A DNA stretch of 12,018 bases from Octopus sinensis (lineage: Eukaryota). The notes below the pieces were generated by a model. The model made no database searches. It was not told the origin of the DNA and saw nothing but the letters and a program-made list of their open reading frames with translations. The stretch spans positions 1 to 12,018 of the forward strand of contig NW_021826791.1 in the NCBI RefSeq assembly GCF_006345805.1, written 5' to 3'. Both the position numbers and the translations under genes were made by a program. Below are positions 8,701-12,018 of the stretch, one piece after another; position 1 is the stretch's first letter, and every line of letters begins with the position of its first letter.

Positions 8701-9613
8701 TCCCTGGCCTGGCGGTGCTACCGAGAAGCGCTACCCGTTCGGGATAAGCTCTATAGGCATGGCTCGAGAAAACACGGGGCCGACCTGCCCGAGATGCGGG
8801 CAGAGCGACGAAACCGCTTCTGCACGCAATCGTGCAGTGTCCAGCAATTTCCCACCTGTGGGCTTATGTCGAACGACTGCTGTCACGTGTGGGACGTGTC
8901 GGTTTATCCGCCGAGTCTATCGTTAATATCGTCACGCCTCCTTCCTTCAAACGGGAAGGAAGAGCTATTTTTATCATACTTGTGGCTATGGCGAAAGAAT
9001 GTATCTGGTGGACGCGTCTGAAAGGATTAGAGACAAACACTTTCCTCTCTGGTCAATCTCTCATCAACTTCTTCAAGTATCACTTGAAGAAAAAAGTGAG
9101 AGTAGAGAGGCAAGTTTTGTCAGTGAATGTTTTAAAAACAGATGGGTGAATGTAGCAAGGATGGCACGTATGAATGACGAAGCCACCTTGACTATGATTC
9201 TATGAACCGTAAAAATTAATACAGAGAGTTGCTTATTTGCAAAAAAAAAAAAGAAATATAACATGTGACTTCATTGACCGAGGTTACCGTGGTCTTTTCC
9301 GTAGGCTTTTCTTTCCACGGGTAAACCTCACCTGTCCTCCCCTTTACACTTCATATTGACATTTCTGTGATAACGATCCCTATTGATCAATTTTTTTTCT
9401 CTTCCCCCTTTTTTTTAACCCCCCCCTTTTTTTGTCCTCTTTCTCTCCTTTTACGATCCCTTTGATCGACCCCCCTTTTTTATTTTATTTTATTTTTTAT
9501 TTTATTATTATTATTATTTTTATTTTATTTTTTTTTTAAACCTTCAAAAGAAAAGCTCTACCTTGTAATTTGTTCTATCTGTGTGCAGCCCTGTGTGGCT
9601 AATAAAGAAACAT
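5717..9613 (+). mobile_element. Tx1/L1-clade non-LTR retrotransposon (ORF2 + 3' UTR; ORF1 absent), embedded in (TATC)n
   Basis: Sharp GC-rich block. APE motifs: VNARGL, ISETRL, LVGDWN, SYLD, SYTDHKLV, GPGYWKLNAS. RT motifs: SPGLDGLPYEFY, FRPITLLNADLK, LDQSKAFD, VRQGCPLS, AYADG. CCHC knuckle CPRC...H...C at 8786-8840. The 3' UTR ends in AATAAAGAAA (9601-9610), followed by TATC repeats. Confidence 0.95.
5784..9205 (+). pseudogene. LINE ORF2 (AP endonuclease - reverse transcriptase - zinc knuckle), frameshifted as assembled
   Basis: ATG 5784 gives MVKIGCVNARGLGSPWKQGYLLNDIKSHDLGIIAISETRL; in-frame TAA at 5919-5921. The frame can be threaded through ORF-track pieces 6088, 6335, 6610, 7074, 8021, 8329, 8585, 8683, 8832 and 8999 to TGA 9203-9205. 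YADD reads YADG (7824-7835). Confidence 0.93.
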
Positions 9614-9955
9614 ATCTATCTAACTTTCTATCTATCTATCTATTTAATTTTCTATTTATCTAGCCAGCTAGCTGTCTAACAATTTGTGTGCCTCTCTGTC
9701 TATCTATCTATCTATCTATCTTTCAGCCTCTGTCTCTCTCTCCATCTTTCTTTTTCTCTACCTACCTACCTACCTACCTACCTAATTATCTAGGACTGTG
9801 TAATTATTTCTCTCTCCCTCTCCCTCTCCATTTATCTATGTCTAATTATTTCTCTCCGCCTCCCTCTCTTTATCTCCTTCTCTTTTTCTGCCTCTCTTTC
9901 TCTCCCTCTCTCACTGTCTGTCTCCCTCTCCCTCTCTCTCTCTCTCTCTCTTCCC

Positions 9956-9988
<33 letters not shown>

Positions 9989-9990
9989 TT
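9614..9990. repeat. Degenerate (TATC)n / (TACC)n / CT-rich low-complexity tract ending in perfect (CTAT)n at ~9955-9988
   Basis: Directly visible. Confidence 0.92.
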
Positions 9991-10293
9991 TAGCTATGTT
10001 AAAAACCTGATTACGCTTCAATTTTATTTATCTTCCTTCGTATCCGCCTGTAGGTTGTTTTAAGCAATAAATTCAAATGTTCCAAATTCATTTTGCTTCT
10101 GTTTACGCAGTCTTTACAAGCATAATTCTGCAGCGGGACATTGACCGTTTTAAAATTAGATGTCATCAATGACGTGTTCATCTTGTTTCTGAAGTATTTT
10201 GTTTGTATGTTAATTGTAGCCTTGTGTTGCGATATGAATTTAGTTTCAGTAATTAATCCTCGTTCATCGTACGTAGTTTATAATATAATGGCA

Positions 10294-10678
10294 GTGGCTG
10301 TGTGGTTAGTAGCTTGTTTACCAACCACATGGTTCCGGGTTCAGTCCCACTGCGTGGCATCTTGGGCAACTGTCTTCTGCTATAGCCCCGGGCCGACCAA
10401 TGCCTTGTGAGTGGATTTGGTAGACGGAAACTGAAAGAAGCCTGTCGTATATATGTATATATATATGTGTGTGTTTGTGTGTCTGTTTTGTCCCCCTAGC
10501 ATTGCTTGACAACCGATGCTGGTGTGTTTTACGTCTCCGTCACTTAGCGGTTCGGCAAAAGAGAGCGATAGAATAAGTACTGGGCTTACAAAGAATAAAT
10601 CCCGGGTCGATTTGGTCGACTAAAGGCGGTGCTCCAGCATGGCCGCAGTCAAATGACTGAAACAAGTAAAAAAGAGAG
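10294..10678 (+). mobile_element. SINE family A, near full length with short internal (TA)/(TG) tract
   Basis: A/B boxes, CORE-like segment, internal microsatellite ~10447-10485, 3' hairpin CAGTC-AAAT-GACTG and AAGTAAAA tail. Confidence 0.94.
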
Positions 10679-10737
10679 TATCATCAGTTGATATTTTCTT
10701 CTGTCTGGCTTTTTTCCTATTATCGTTTTTAAGAAAC

Positions 10738-10964
10738 ATGCTTCCCAACTTCATGGTCTTGGGTTTAGTCCCACTGCGTGGCACCTTGGGCAAGTGTCTT
10801 CTACTATAGCCTCGGGCCGACCAAAGCATTGTGAGTGAATTTGATTGACGGAAACTGAAAGAAGCCCGTCGTGTTCAGTTGTTAGAGTGTCTTCTACTAT
10901 AGCCTCGGGCCGACCAAAGCATTGTGAGCGAATTTGGTTGACGGAAACTGAAAGAAGCCCGTCG
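10738..10964 (+). mobile_element. SINE family A, 5' half (head partly missing), with an internal duplication
   Basis: GCTTCCCAAC..CATGGT...AGTCCCACTGCGTGGCACCTTGGGCAAGTGTCTTC... through GAAGCCCGTCGT. Confidence 0.9.
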
Positions 10965-10978
10965 TGTTCAGTTGTTAG
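10793..10978 (+). repeat. 93-bp tandem duplication (2 copies, 2 mismatches)
   Basis: 10793-10885 vs 10886-10978; the differences are tgagTgaatttgAttg vs tgagCgaatttgGttg. Confidence 0.95.
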
Positions 10979-11133
10979 AGCGTCGGGATCGCAATCATGA
11001 GGTAGTGAGTTCGATTCCCGGACTGAGCTGTATGTTGTTGTTGTTCTTGAGCAAGATACTTTGTTTCACGTTGCTCCAGTTCACTCAGCTGTAGAAATGA
11101 GTCGCGACGTCACTGGTGCCAAGCTGTATCAGC
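10964..11133 (+). mobile_element. Second tRNA-derived SINE (family B), 5' part
   Basis: A-box-like TCAGTTGTTAGAGC; B-box GAGTTCGATTCCC (11007-11019); CORE-like TTCTTGAGCAAGATACTTT. The head is otherwise unlike family A. Confidence 0.8.
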
Positions 11134-11389
11134 TAAAGTTATTACTGAATGGCCCGAGGAACATTCTAGTGAAGTTAAACATCTTATCTGGCCACCACAG
11201 TCCCCAGATCTCAATATTACTGAACATTTGTGGTGCATTTTAGAAAAAGAAGAAGTAAGGAGTCGATATTCTCCTCCATCATCACTACAAGAACTGGAGA
11301 CTGTTTTAGCTGAAGAATGGACAAAAATTCCGTTGGAAACAATTCGAACTTTGTATGAGTCCATACCATGTAGAATTCAAAATATATAA
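11132..11389 (+). pseudogene. Tc1-family (DD34E) transposase C-terminal fragment
   Basis: A stop-free frame missed by the ORF track because it has no start codon: AKVITEWPEEHSSEVKHLIWPPQSPDLNITEHLWCILEKEEVRSRYSPPSSLQELETVLAEEWTKIPLETIRTLYESIPCRIQNI*. It contains the Tc1 signature WPxQSPDLNxIExLW. Confidence 0.92.
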
Positions 11390-12018
11390 ACATACACACA
11401 TATATATATATATCTTTGTTTCTTTGCACTATATGGGCTCAACTCACTACCTCTCTTCATCTGACACCAACTACACACGGATTCCTACACACATCCCACA
11501 TCCGTCTGCCCCCTCTATTTACACACCTACATACCGCCTACTTAGGTACCCTCGCCACACACACACACACACACATACACACATACACAAACACCCATAC
11601 ACATTGTTCAACTCATTACTAACTTCACACACCATTATACACACGCCCACAAGCACATTCCCACTCCACACACACTAGCACCTAACACTTCTCAGCAACC
11701 ACACCACACACCGTTACCAACACACCCACACTCAGTCTTCAATAGCGTCACCACACATACCCCTATATGAGCAGCCGCACACACCATTTAACTCAGTACA
11801 CATAACACACACCATCAAGCACACTCCCATATCCACACAAGCACATAATACCTGAACACCGACAATACACACACACACACACACACTCACACACGCAACA
11901 CGCATAGACAAAGACAACTTTTGCCCACAAACATACACTATACACATGCACACTATTTGGTCACAGGACCACCACACCACACATACACACACCACCTGAC
12001 CAAGCACACATCACTGCT
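11390..12018. repeat. Degenerate CA-rich low-complexity tract
   Basis: A/C-dominated + strand with residual (CA)n runs. Confidence 0.88.

Noticed and set aside
9241-9252. Poly(A) run as the LINE 3' end
   Set aside because: The shared 17-nt terminus with the paralogous family lies at 9594-9610, so the A-run is internal to the 3' UTR.
10091-10175. Strong acceptor-like TTTTGCTTCTGTTTACGCAG (to 10110) followed by a short frame
   Set aside because: All three frames stop within ~65 nt, no convincing donor follows and there is no homology signal.
10640-10678. Idea that SINE family A is the non-autonomous partner of the Tx1-like LINE
   Set aside because: The SINE 3' end (CAGTC-AAAT-GACTG hairpin, AAGTAAAAGAG tail) shows no similarity to either LINE 3' terminus, so it is probably mobilised by a different LINE.

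Overview
Eukaryotic, repeat-saturated non-genic DNA. The SINE family and microsatellite load look like Octopus (cephalopod), which is my recognition and not a database result. No host gene exon can be supported, and most ORF-track entries are translations of microsatellites or antisense/frameshifted pieces of transposons. Content: (1) a ~3.9 kb Tx1/L1-clade LINE (5717-9613, +; APE-RT-CCHC ORF2, no ORF1, many frameshifts) sitting inside a (TATC)n array; (2) a 3' fragment of a second, divergent family of the same LINE group (219-~790, -; ~45% aa identity by hand alignment) that shares an identical 17-nt 3' terminus and also runs into (TATC)n; (3) an internally deleted mariner (3340-~4885, -) carrying a nested SINE and a nested 419-bp MITE with an 8-bp TSD, whose removal restores a single fused N-/C-terminal transposase frame; (4) several copies of a tRNA-derived SINE with an internal (TA)n, plus a second SINE family and a 93-bp tandem duplication across their junction; (5) a Penelope-like remnant with a hammerhead-like motif; (6) a Tc1 transposase C-terminal fragment. 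The best candidate for an undescribed system is a group of (TATC/GATA)n-associated Tx1-like retrotransposons with a conserved 3' terminal signal.
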